Assembly: GCF_009914755.1 (NCBI RefSeq)
Contig: NC_060925.1
Direction: 5' to 3' (one strand)
Length of the DNA: 64,000 nucleotides
Origin: the human T2T-CHM13v2.0 reference genome, Homo sapiens
Position numbers and translations under genes: made by a program. Shown one piece after another: positions 1-11,035 of the stretch. Within the stretch, counting starts at the first letter, position 1. Every line of letters starts with the position of its first letter. Under the pieces are notes generated by a model. The model worked only from the letters and a program-made list of their open reading frames with translations, ran no database searches and was not told where the DNA came from.

Positions 1-2777
1 GCATGGCTGGAGACCCCGCTCAGATGAGGCGGCCACTCCAGGGCAGTGCCATGCTGGACAGAAGGGACTGCCTTGGAAGTGGGACAGACCCCAGACCCTT
101 GGGGTGGGGGCCCTGCAGGGGAGGCCTTGAGGAGGCGCCGGGTCTACAGGCCCCTGTGTGCTCACATCCCAGCCCCCGGGGAGAGGTGGGAGTGGGTGGG
201 CGCACCCAGCTCCCCTGTCCAGGCTCGTCCCCCTTGTTGGGGCAGCCCTCAGCAAGTGGGGGGCTGGTTCCAGGCACAAGAAGTGAGGCCAGGGAGGAAG
301 CCCTGCCTGTGTTCAGCCCAGTTGTGCCCCAACTCAGGTGGGCTTCCATGAGGGACAGCCTCTGGGAGGGTGGGGGTTTGTGGGCCAGGGCTGGAGAGCT
401 GCCTGGCTGTGCTAAAAATACCGGGCATGCTGCAGACAGGTGCCAGTCTGGGGCACAGGCTACCCTGTCTCAGGCTGATGGCCTTGGCACTCCACCCCAC
501 TGCCCCTGTGACGCGGGGGCCGCCAAGGCTTGGTCTTGATTCCCAGAGGCCCTGCTGGTGACCTCCCCGACATCTCTGCCCTCTGCCCATCCCCCCAAGG
601 GCAAGATTTGCCAAAGCACAGGACACATTGGCTCACACATGGGGCACCCTGCCCCTGTCTTTTTGGAAAGGTCCAATGGCATATGGCCAGCGGGTCGGGC
701 AGGTGTGGCCGCTGGCCTGGGCTAAGCTGGCTGTGGCTGAGAGTCTGGGCGCAGAGACAGAAGGCGCCCCCTGCTGCAGAAGGATCACAGTGTGGGCTCA
801 TGGCATTGGCTTTTTTGCGGTCCCAAGTCCTTCATCTCCATTGCCGGGCCCATCTCGGGGGTCGGCAGATGCGTGTCCCCTACTAGCAAAGACCTCCAGT
901 CGGTTCTGCGGCTGCCTGTGATGAGCCCTGCTCTGGCTAAGTGGAGGTGTTTGGCAGGGAGGAGTCCCCGGCTTAGTGTGATTCCAGCTGTGGCCGATTC
1001 TGGTGGGATCCTGGCAAGGAGGAGGTTGCGTGTGGATCTGGTGGAGGTGGACGGCCTGGCAGGGGGTGGGGTCTGCAACCCTAAGGAGCAGTGCCCCTCT
1101 CACTTGTCCCCCCGCCAGCAGACTGCTGCGTCGGCCTCCCCGGCCTGTGCCATTCTGTGGCGAAGGTCCCTGTGTAGAGGAGGCTGGAGTGGGGGAGCTC
1201 AGCCCAGGCCATGCCTCACCCTTCTTGGGTGCTCCATGGGCAAAAGCTGAGGTCAGTTTGTGGATCCTGGGAGCAGGAACCCTGCAGAGCCTGCCCCCCA
1301 GCTGGTGGCAGAGCAGGCAGTGGGGAGCTGCTGGGGCAGGAGGGAGTGACCTCCCTCCAAGACAGCCCCCAGTGGGGATGGGAGGGTCTGCAGAGATCTG
1401 GAGAGTCAAGTGTCATGACCCAGGTGGGGCCATGGAGCTGGGCTGGCCGGTGGAACTGTGTCCACCTGGACATGCTCTGGGTGAGGCGCAGTCAGCGCTG
1501 GGATGGCTAGAAGCGGCCTGTGCTGGGCGGGTCCTCGGGACACAGGGGCTGCCGCTGTCACAGAAGCCTGGCACAGATTCTCTCTGGTTCTTATGTTTCA
1601 TTCATGCAGCCATTCAGTCAAAGCTGAAGCTGGTGGGGTCCTGGCCAAACAGGACGCAGCAGTGCACCACCTGGGGGCTGCCCTCAGAGGCCCCGCGAGG
1701 GGAATAGTGCCACAGGGGCCCATGGGGAGGGCCTGTGGGTCACCCTGGGTGGTGGGTGGGCTCCTGGCTCCGCGGGGCCTCCGAGGGCAAGGTGGGGTTT
1801 CTCTGGCTGCCGGCTGTGGAAGCCGCTCATGCGGAGGCCCAGCCGGGAGGCTGCAGGAGGCCGTGGGGAGGGCAGAGCCAGCTGCCTTCCCTGATGGCTG
1901 TGGAGCTGCCCACGGGACCCCTCTCCTTGTCTGGGGCTCACTGGTGCCACAGGAAAAGGAAGCCCCGGTGCTGGAGCCTGCCCTGGCCCAGGCCTTGGTG
2001 CACATCTCGGCAGCGTCACCCGACAGGTGAGGGAGGCAGCGTCACCCGACAGGTGAGGCCTCTGGACAGATGAGGCCATGTGGGGTTTCCCTGAAGAAGC
2101 AGAGCCCGGCTGCTGGGTGGGGGCTCCTCTTAGTCACTGACAGGGAGAGCTGTGCTTGTAAAACATCCACCCATTCCTGTGGAAGCTCTCGCGGTCCTGG
2201 GCAGGGTGAGGAGGGAGCATTGGAGAGGCCAAGCTGGCCAGGAAGTTTGTGCCCCTGAGAATTAGAGGGAGTCCTGTGCTCCAACTCGCAGCCGGGGCAC
2301 GGATCGGGGGCACGGATCGGGAGCCCAGCCCTGCAGGCAGAGCCTCTGCACTGGACTCAGTCTCCGGAGTGGGGCTGGGCTCCTCACCGGGCCTTGCTCG
2401 GGGGACAACCTGTGGGGCTCAGGCCCCTGAGTCAGAGCAGGAGTCGGGGGCTTTGCTGTGGCCCCTCCTCACTGCTCACCTGCAGCCTCTCCCGGGCCAG
2501 GGTGTCTCCTGAACTGGCCTGAGATGCAAAGCACTGGGTTGCAGTGCTGCCCAGGTGGAGGGCTGGCCTGTGAGGCCCAGGCTGGCCTGTGTCCTGGAGT
2601 TGGCAGGGCCCCCTCCCATCCTCAGCCACATCCACCCAGTCTCAGGGGTCCCTCCAGCCTCCTGGGACTGCCGTGTCCCCCACCTCTGCTTCAGGCAGTG
2701 TTCCTGGGCTGCCTCCTTCCCTGGCCATGGGGTCCTAGTGGTTTAATGAAAATTGAGTGGTGGCCCTCCCCTCCCCG

Positions 2778-2829
2778 CCAGGCTGGAGTGTAGTGGTGCG
2801 ATCACAGCCAGCTGTAGCCTCCACCTTCT
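2778..2829 (-). mobile_element. Short Alu fragment
   Basis: CCAGGCTGGAGTGTAGTGGTGCGATCACAG matches the antisense Alu right arm. Confidence 0.7.
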
Positions 2830-3880
2830 GATTTTCCCTCTTAATGTTCACATCCATTCTTCTTGTTAACGAGACTGTGCTGAAGCCCAGCATGGTGGAG
2901 AGAGGCAGCCCACGGTGACTCACGTCTGCAGAGTGAGCTCTCGGGGGTCAGCGCCCAGACTGGGGATTAGCAGTCCTGGGCCTCGAGCCCTGTGGCTGAC
3001 TCCATCCCTGCCTCCGGCAGCCTGGATTTGCACCTTTGTATAAACGGAGCCGCCTGGCATGGCGTTTGCACTTGGCTACTTCCCTCCATCTGCTGGTGAG
3101 CTCTGGCTTGTGCTCTGTGTGGCGAGTGGGTCCCTGCTTGGTTGGGACTCAGCCCCGCTTCAGGACCCCGTGGCCACTGAGGACCCAGGAACCTGCCTCT
3201 GCTCGAGTATCCGGCCTCTGTCGTGAGTGCCTTGCGTGGCCAGGGCCACTTTTCCAGAGAAGGCTCTGTGGTGCTGTGTGGCCTCGCTGCACTGTCCCTG
3301 ACGTGCAGGGCCCAAAGCTGGTGTCCCCCAGGAGCAGTGTCTGGGGACAGATGCCTCCTGGTCCCGCTGGCCGATGCCTGCTGGTCTTGTACGGCGCCTG
3401 CATCGTGTTTGCCGTTTTTCTGTTGGGTTGTCTGACGTTTTCGTGTGGATCATAGGAGTTCCTCGCCCTGTGTGGACACGAGTCCTCTGAGGGACGCGTG
3501 TCACGGTGTCTGCTCACTTGCCACTGCCCGTCCAACCATGTGAGTGTCTCGGGGGACGGCAGCTCTTACTTTAGTGAAGTCCAGTGTCCAGCTCATTAAT
3601 TGGCTGTGGGAAGAGATGGTGGTTTTCTTCCGAGAGCGTTATTTGTGAACCTTTCATGAAGCCCCCGGGGCCAGGCTCCCTGATCCCTGGGCCCAGACCA
3701 CCCTGCAGTTCCCGCGCCAGGCTGGCACGGCGCCCGCCTTTCCCACCGGCCTCCCTGGTGCCAGACTGCGGGCCTCCTTGGGCCCTAGGGCTTGAACCAG
3801 CCTGCCTGCCCCGTTGGGCCTCTCTGCTCTCCCGCGGAGCCCACTCTGACCGGGAGTGTCCCATGGTGGCCTGAGAATAC

Positions 3881-3964
3881 CCTCTGCCCACAGGTCCCGA
3901 GCAGCCCGGCCCACCATGGACCCCTCTGCCCACAGGTCCCGAGCAGCCCCGCCCAACATGGACC
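3881..3964 (+). repeat. 42-bp tandem duplication containing a 3' splice site and an ATG
   Basis: CCTCTGCCCACAGGTCCCGAGCAGCCCsGCCCAmCATGGACC at 3881-3922 and 3923-3964, 2 mismatches. Confidence 0.95.
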
Positions 3965-6900
3965 CAGACCCCCAGGCGGGCGTGCAGGTGGGCATGCGGG
4001 TGGTGCGCGGCGTGGACTGGAAGTGGGGCCAGCAGGACGGCGGCGAGGGCGGCGTGGGCACGGTGGTGGAGCTTGGCCGCCACGGCAGCCCCTCGACACC
4101 CGACCGCACAGTGGTCGTGCAGTGGGACCAGGGCACGCGCACCAACTACCGCGCCGGCTACCAGGGCGCGCACGACCTGCTGCTGTACGACAACGCCCAG
4201 ATCGGTGCGCGCCAAGGGCAGGCGGGACGGGCAGGACCCGGGGGCGGGAACGCCCCTCTGACCCCACCCCACCCCCAGGCGTCCGGCACCCCAACATCAT
4301 CTGTGACTGCTGCAAGAAGCACGGGCTGCGGGGGATGCGCTGGAAGTGCCGTGTGTGCCTGGACTACGACCTCTGCACGCAGTGCTACATGCACAACAAG
4401 CATGAGCTCGCCCACGCCTTCGACCGCTACGAGACCGCTCACTCGCGCCCGTGAGTCCCGGGCCGCACCGGCTCCTGTGCGGCGGGTACCCAGGCCTTGC
4501 CACTGGGGCCTTGGCCTTCGGGGAGGGTGCTGCCTCCTGACCGCTCCCAGGAAGACGGAGCAAGTCTCTCCAGAGCCGTGGCCTTAAGCAGTGGTGCCAT
4601 GGGCAGGGCACAGAGGGTGGCCTCTGGGTGGCTCTACAGGCAGCAGTGGCCATCAGGCAGCCAGCATCCCCCAGGGCGGCATGAGACCTCCAGGAGGACA
4701 GCCCATACCCGGAGCCAGCACCTGGGCTGTCTTGGAGGCTGCTGCGCTCTGGTCCGAGGGCATCAGCTCGGGGAGAATCTAGCCTGCTTGGGGCAAGGAC
4801 AGCCAGAGGTGCCACCCCGTCCCCTGCATTTGTCACCTTTGTCTCTGGCCCTCCCTGCACGTGGAGGGAGGTGTGGTTGTCTTGGGAGTGCTGTTGGCCA
4901 GGCCTGCTTTCCTCATTCCTCCCTTCCCACATGCTGAGCCCACCTCTGGGCCTGGCTGTGCCCCAGCTCACTGGGAGGCAGCAGGCATGAAGCGACCGCA
5001 CCCAGAGGTCTTGCCGAGGGTGGGCCCGGGTGCCTTCCCAGCCTGGCATCAGGGAAGTCCCTGGAGGAACGTGGTCCGCAGGTTCGCTCCAGGCCCCTGA
5101 GCCCAGGGGCATTTCCTCACAGCGTGTGGAGGATGCTGACCTGCTGGACCGGCCATTCCCGGGCAAGAGCTGGGGCTGCGGAGCCCAGCAGGCTGGGTGG
5201 ACAGGGGGCCTGCTCCACTGCATCGCTCTCCCAAGTGGCTCAAGATGGGAAGAGATGGCGGTTTTCTTCTGAGAGCTTTATTTGTGAACCCTCTTGCAGT
5301 GTCACACTGAGTCCCCGCCAGGGCCTCCCGAGGATCCCACTAAGGGGCATCTTCCAGGGAGCGAAGGTGGTGCGAGGCCCCGACTGGGAGTGGGGCTCAC
5401 AGGATGGTGAGTGGAGGCAGAGGGGCGGGGTCAGGGCTGGGCTGTGGCTGGCTCATGGCTCAGCCTTAGCCTGCTGGGGGGGCCTCTTTCCCCAGGAGGG
5501 GAAGGGAAACCGGGCCGTGTGGTGGACATCCGTGGCTGGGATGTGGAGACAGGCCGGAGTGTGGCCAGCGTGACGTGGGCTGATGGTACCACCAATGTGT
5601 ACCGTGTGGGCCACAAGGGCAAGGTGGACCTCAAGTGTGTGGGCGAGGCAGCGGGCGGCTTCTACTACAAGGACCACCTCCCAAGGCTCGGTATGAGGCT
5701 GTCACACTGACTCCATCAGCCCTCCTGCCTTGGCTGAAGTCCCAGAGGGGAGGGGCCGCTGCCTGAGGCCTGGTCTGCCACCCTCCGCAGGCAAGCCGGC
5801 GGAGCTGCAGCGCAGGGTGAGTGCTGACAGCCAGCCCTTCCAGCACGGGGACAAGGTCAAGTGTCTGCTGGACACTGATGTCCTGCGGGAGATGCAGGAA
5901 GGCCACGGCGGCTGGAACCCCAGGATGGCGGAGGTGAGCCGCCCCGCCGTGGAGCCCTGTGTGCCCTGCCCTCCCAGCCCTCCGCCCCCTCAGCCCCTTC
6001 CTCCCCAAGCGTCCAGCCCGACCCAGCCACAGCTCCATGACCCGCCACAGTTTATCGGACAGACGGGCACCGTGCATCGTATCACGGACCGCGGGGACGT
6101 GCGCGTGCAGTTCAACCACGAGACGCGCTGGACCTTCCACCCCGGGGCGCTCACCAAGGTGCCGGGGGGGCTGGGCTGCGCCTCATCTGCTTGCTTCTGT
6201 AACCCCTTCCACGTACCCCCTTGGCCTTGGGGGGTCAGGCAGGACTAGGGTGCCAGCTGCACCCACGAGTCCCCAGCCCTGAAGGAAGGGGAGGGACTGG
6301 TGGGTGGAGGTGGGTGGGGTCAAGGAGAAGAGGGGGTTGGGTGTGAAGGAACCCAGAGGAGGGTATGTCTCTGGGAGCTGGAATGGGCAGGTTAGGGCCT
6401 CCCTCTGTTCCAGGACACCAGGAAGGCAGGACAGCTTCGTGGGCGGGAGGGAGGCGGCTGGGCTAAGATGCTCCTGGTTAGTGCTGTATGGGGGCCGATG
6501 GGGGTGGCTGGTTAGGACAGGGAGGTGGATGCTTGGCCTAGAGTGGTGGGGGAGGTAGTGAGGGCTGCCTGGGAAGCAGGATGGCAGGGAGGGGGCTGGA
6601 GGTGGTGGCGGTGGCAGCTTGGATGGCCCTGGGAGGGGCAGGCCCGGGGCAAAGCGTCAGAGCTCAGCTCTGGATCTGGGGTCCTGGATACCAGGCACCT
6701 TTGAGGAGGCGCCGAAGGGAGTCATGAGACGGGCTTGTAGAGTGAGTTCCCTGCATATGAGGGCTCAGGTGGGGCAGAGTGGGCCCGTCCTGCACCCCAT
6801 GGTCCTGGGGCCCCACCCCCACGCTGGCTCACGGGCCCTGGCCATGTTGCCTGCTGCTGGTCAGCGTACAGCTTCCCAGGGCCAGCCACCTCGGCTTCAC

Positions 6901-9900
6901 ACCTGCCCAGAGCTGGCTTCTGTCTGCCTGGACACTCCTCCCATGGCTCTGGGGCTAGGGACACCCAGGGCTGCCTTGGACACCTGGGGCTCTCGTCCAG
7001 CCAGAGCCTCTGGCAGTGCCTGGGGTCGGGGTCGGGGCCGGGGCCGAGTCAGGCCTGCCTGTCTCGTGGAGCTCAGCAGGTTGCCCTCCTGTTGCATGAG
7101 CCTGGGCAGCCACACACAGCTGGGGGGCCCCTCACGCCCCTCTTTGTCGCTCAGCACCACTCCTTCTGGGTGGGCGACGTGGTCCGGGTCATCGGCGACC
7201 TTGACACAGTGAAGCGGCTGCAGGCTGGGCATGGCGAGTGGACGGACGACATGGCCCCTGTGAGTCCCCCTGCCACCCCCGCCGCTAGCGCCGCTGCCCC
7301 CCACACCTGCAGCCTGCTGTGACCCCCTCCCCTCCCCGCAGGCCCTGGGCCGCGTCGGGAAGGTGGTGAAAGTGTTTGGAGACGGGAACCTGCGTGTAGC
7401 AGTCGCTGGTCAGCGGTGGACCTTCAGCCCCTCCTGCCTGGTGGCCTACCGGCCCGAGGAGGATGCCAACCTGGACGTGGCCGAGCGCGCCCGGGAGAAC
7501 AAAAGTGCGGCACAGCTCAGGCGGCCAGTGGGAGGTGGGGCTGCCCCTGGCCACCACTAACCTCAGCCCTGCCCCCAGGCTCACTGAGCGTGGCCCTGGA
7601 CAAGCTTCGGGCCCAGAAGAGTGACCCAGAGCACCCGGGAAGGCTGGTGGTGGAGGTGGCGCTGGGTAACGCAGCCCGGGCTCTGGACCTGCTGCGGAGG
7701 CGCCCAGAGCAGGCAAGCTCCTGACCCCGTCCTCCCATACTGGCCAGTCTGAGAGTGAGGGGCAGAGGGCCAGGGACTCACCTGCTGGCACTCTTGGCAG
7801 GTGGACACCAAGAACCAAGGCAGGACCGCTCTGCAAGTGGCTGCCTACCTGGGCCAGGTGGAGTTGATACGGCTGCTGCTACAAGCCAGGGCGGGCGTGG
7901 ACCTGCCGGACGACGAGGGCAACACGGCACTGCACTACGCGGCCCTGGGGTGAGGCCTGGGAGGGGCCCGGCCGGCGGGGCTGAGCCTGTGCGTCCTGGG
8001 GTGAGGCCTGGGAGGGGCCCGGCCGGCGGGGCTGAGCCTGTGCGTCCTGGGGTGAGGCCTGGGAGGGGCCCGGCGGGGCTGAGCCTGTGCGTCCTGGGGT
8101 CGGGCCTGGCGGGGCTGAGCCTGTGCGTCCAGCCACCGGGCCCGGCGCCCTCCCTCTCCCACTTCCTCTCCTGTCAGGAACCAGCCCGAGGCCACCAGGG
8201 TGCTCCTGAGTGCTGGGTGCCGGGCGGACGCCATCAACAGCACCCAGAGCACAGCACTGCACGTGGCCGTGCAGAGGGGCTTCCTGGAGGTGGTGCGGGC
8301 CCTGTGTGAGCGCGGCTGTGACGTCAACCTGCCCGTGAGTGCTGCTCCCTGGCCTGGGTGCCCCCTGCCCGTGAGTGCTTGTCCCTGGCCTGGGTTCCCT
8401 CTGCCCATGTGTGCTGCTCCCTGGCCTGGGTGCCCCCTGCCCGTGAGTGCTGCTCCCTGGGTGCCCTGGCTCTTGACCCAAGCAGAAGTCACCCCCAGGT
8501 GACCACTGACTCCGCCCCAGCAGGACGCCCACTCGGACACGCCCCTGCACTCCGCCATCTCGGCGGGCACTGGAGCCAGCGGCATTGTCGAGGTCCTCAC
8601 GGAGGTGCCAAACATCGATGTTACCGCCACCAACAGCCAGGGTTTCACCCTGCTGCACCATGCCTCCCTCAAGGGTCACGCGCTGTGAGTGTGGGGTGGG
8701 CACACAGCTGCAGCCGGCCTCTTGCTGTGCTGCCTGGGGGCAGTCCCAGGTCCCAGACCAACCTCCCTGCTCCACAGAGCTGTGAGAAAGATTCTGGCTC
8801 GGGCGCGGCAGCTGGTGGACGCCAAGAAGGAGGACGGCTTCACGGCGCTGCATCTGGCTGCCCTCAACAACCACCGCGAGGTGGCCCAGATCCTCATCCG
8901 GGAGGTGCGGACGCGGCCCAGTCCTGCCCAAGGACCGGGGAGCGGGAGGCCCACTGGGGTCCCTGGGCTGAGCCCGTCCCCACCCCTCCCCAGGGCCGCT
9001 GTGACGTGAACGTGCGCAACCGGAAGCTGCAGTCCCCGCTGCATCTCGCCGTGCAACAGGCCCACGTGGGGCTGGTGCCGCTACTGGTGGACGCTGGGTG
9101 CAGTGTCAACGCCGAGGACGAGGAGGGGGACACAGCCCTGCACGTGGCGCTGCAGCGTCATCAGCTGCTGCCCCTGGTGGCTGATGGGGCCGGGGGGGAC
9201 CCAGGGCCCTTGCAGCTGCTGTCCAGGGTGAGGAAGTGTGGCGTGGGGTGCTGGAGAGGCTGCGGTGGCGCCGGCAGCAGGCTCTGGGCAGGGCCTGTGC
9301 CACTGTCCACCTTCCCCTCCAGTGATGGCCCAGGGAGCCAGGCGTTCTGGGGGTGGAGCAGATGGGAGCCAAGTTCTATGTGATCCTTCAGCCTGCACCC
9401 CTAGGCAGCCTGGGAAAGGGGTGGTGCCCATGGGATGGGGAGAGGTGGAGCTTAGGGTCTCAGAGCTCACCTAGCAGGGCGCCCCTCCTGCCTGTCCCAC
9501 TTGGGTTCCGGAAGAGGTGCCCTTGCCTTGTATTTTAGACATGGGGCGCCGGCTGCTGGGGCTGCCAGGTGCCAGGAGACGCCTCCCTCGGGCCTGCCCC
9601 GGCGCCCGCCCTCACCGGCGTCTGTCCTGCCGCCCAGCTACAGGCCTCGGGCCTCCCCGGCAGCGCGGAGCTGACGGTGGGCGCGGCGGTCGCCTGCTTC
9701 CTGGCGCTGGAGGGCGCCGACGTGAGCTACACCAACCACCGCGGTCGGAGCCCGCTGGACCTGGCCGCCGAGGGTCGCGTGCTCAAGGCCCTTCAGGGCT
9801 GCGCCCAGCGCTTCCGGTGAGTCCGTGGACGGCGGGGATGGGGTCCGGCGGCCTCCGGGCCCCTCTCAAGCCGCCTCCTCCCCCTGCAGGGAGCGGCAGG

Positions 9901-11035
9901 CGGGCGGGGGCGCGGCCCCGGGCCCCAGGCAAACGCTCGGGACCCCCAACACCGTGACGAACCTGCACGTGGGCGCCGCGCCGGGGCCCGAGGCCGCTGA
10001 GTGCCTGGTGTGCTCCGAGCTGGCGCTGCTGGTGCTGTTCTCGCCGTGCCAGCACCGCACCGTGTGTGAGGGTGAGTGGGGGGCCCCGGGGTGGGGAGGC
10101 CCGGCTAGTAGGGCCGCAGCCAACCGCGCTCTCCTCTTCGCAGAGTGCGCGCGCAGGATGAAGAAGTGCATCAGGTGCCAGGTGGTCGTCAGCAAGAAAC
10201 TGCGCCCAGGTGGGTGAGGCTCTGCGCCCCCAACACGCCTCCTGCTCAGCTGGTGGCCCGCGGGTCCCCGTCCCCCACCCCTTCCCTCCCACACTTCCGC
10301 CCATGGCCCTTCCCCAGGTTACACCCCGCCCTCCCAAGGCTCACACCCGGCCCCCCAGCCCCCAGCCCCCAGCCCCGCCTGCTCCAGATCACACCCGGCC
10401 CACAGCCCCGCCTCAAGGTAACACCCTCCTCCCCCATCACACCCCAGCCCCGCTGGATTTCACGGCCCCTCCCAGATCACACTCCCTCCATAGCCCCACC
10501 CCAGATCACAGCCCACCCAGAGCACCGCCCCCCCATCACACCCCGGCCCAGCTCACAGCCCACCTGCAGCCCTGACTCCAGCCCGCACACCACCTTATGC
10601 CTGATTTCCACGGCTCACCTCCTGCCCGCACCCGGGCCCCACCTCTGCCTCCAAATCACCCACCCCGCCAGCCCCCCTTGCAGGTCACAACCCGTCCCAG
10701 GTGACACCCCGCCCCCAGCCTCGCCCCCCCGCAGCTCCCTGCTCCCCGCATTCCCCCACCCGGCCTCCCAGCTCACACCCGTCCCCCACCCCGCAGACGG
10801 CTCTGAGGTGGCGAGCGCCGCCCCCGCCCCCGGCCCGCCGCGCCAGCTGGTGGAGGAGCTGCAGAGCCGCTACCGGCAGATGGAGGAACGCATCACCTGC
10901 CCCATCTGCATCGACAGCCACATCCGCCTCGTGTTCCAGTGCGGCCACGGCGCATGCGCCCCCTGCGGCTCCGCGCTCAGCGCCTGCCCCATCTGCCGCC
11001 AGCCCATCCGCGACCGCATCCAGATCTTCGTGTGA
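3958..11035 (+). CDS. MIB2: MIB E3 ubiquitin ligase 2 (MIB/HERC2, ZZ finger, MIB/HERC2, two MIB repeats, ankyrin repeats, two RING fingers); spliced CDS of 955 aa
   Basis: Coding exons 3958-4204, 4279-4450, 5300-5406, 5496-5690, 5791-5933, 6051-6158, 7155-7259, 7342-7504, 7579-7712, 7801-7949, 8178-8334, 8524-8684, 8778-8904, 8994-9227, 9638-9816, 9890-10071, 10144-10209, 10797-11035 sum to 2868 nt in one frame. All introns are GT-AG except GC-AG 7713-7800. Motifs: [32 protein letters not shown] ankyrins, CPICID..CGHGAC..CPICR. Confidence 0.97.
7944..8130 (+). repeat. Intronic minisatellite, 51-bp unit (~3.7 copies), starting in a MIB2 exon end
   Basis: CCTGGGGTGAGGCCTGGGAGGGGCCCGGCCGGCGGGGCTGAGCCTGTGCGT units start at 7944, 7995, 8046 (47 bp) and 8093 (degenerate). 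Confidence 0.95.
8329..8465 (+). repeat. Intronic minisatellite, 36-bp unit (~3.8 copies), starting in a MIB2 exon end
   Basis: CTGCCCGTGAGTGCTGCTCCCTGGCCTGGGTGCCCC units at 8329, 8365, 8401, 8437. Confidence 0.95.
10250..10796 (+). repeat. C-rich degenerate repeat in the last MIB2 intron
   Basis: Recurrent CAG(A/G/C)TCACACCC-like motifs among C-runs; strong C-over-G skew. Confidence 0.7.

Noticed and set aside
1-3550. Dense overlapping ORFs of 60-234 aa on both strands
   Set aside because: GC-rich MIB2 intron; no recognisable protein motifs or consistent exon chain.
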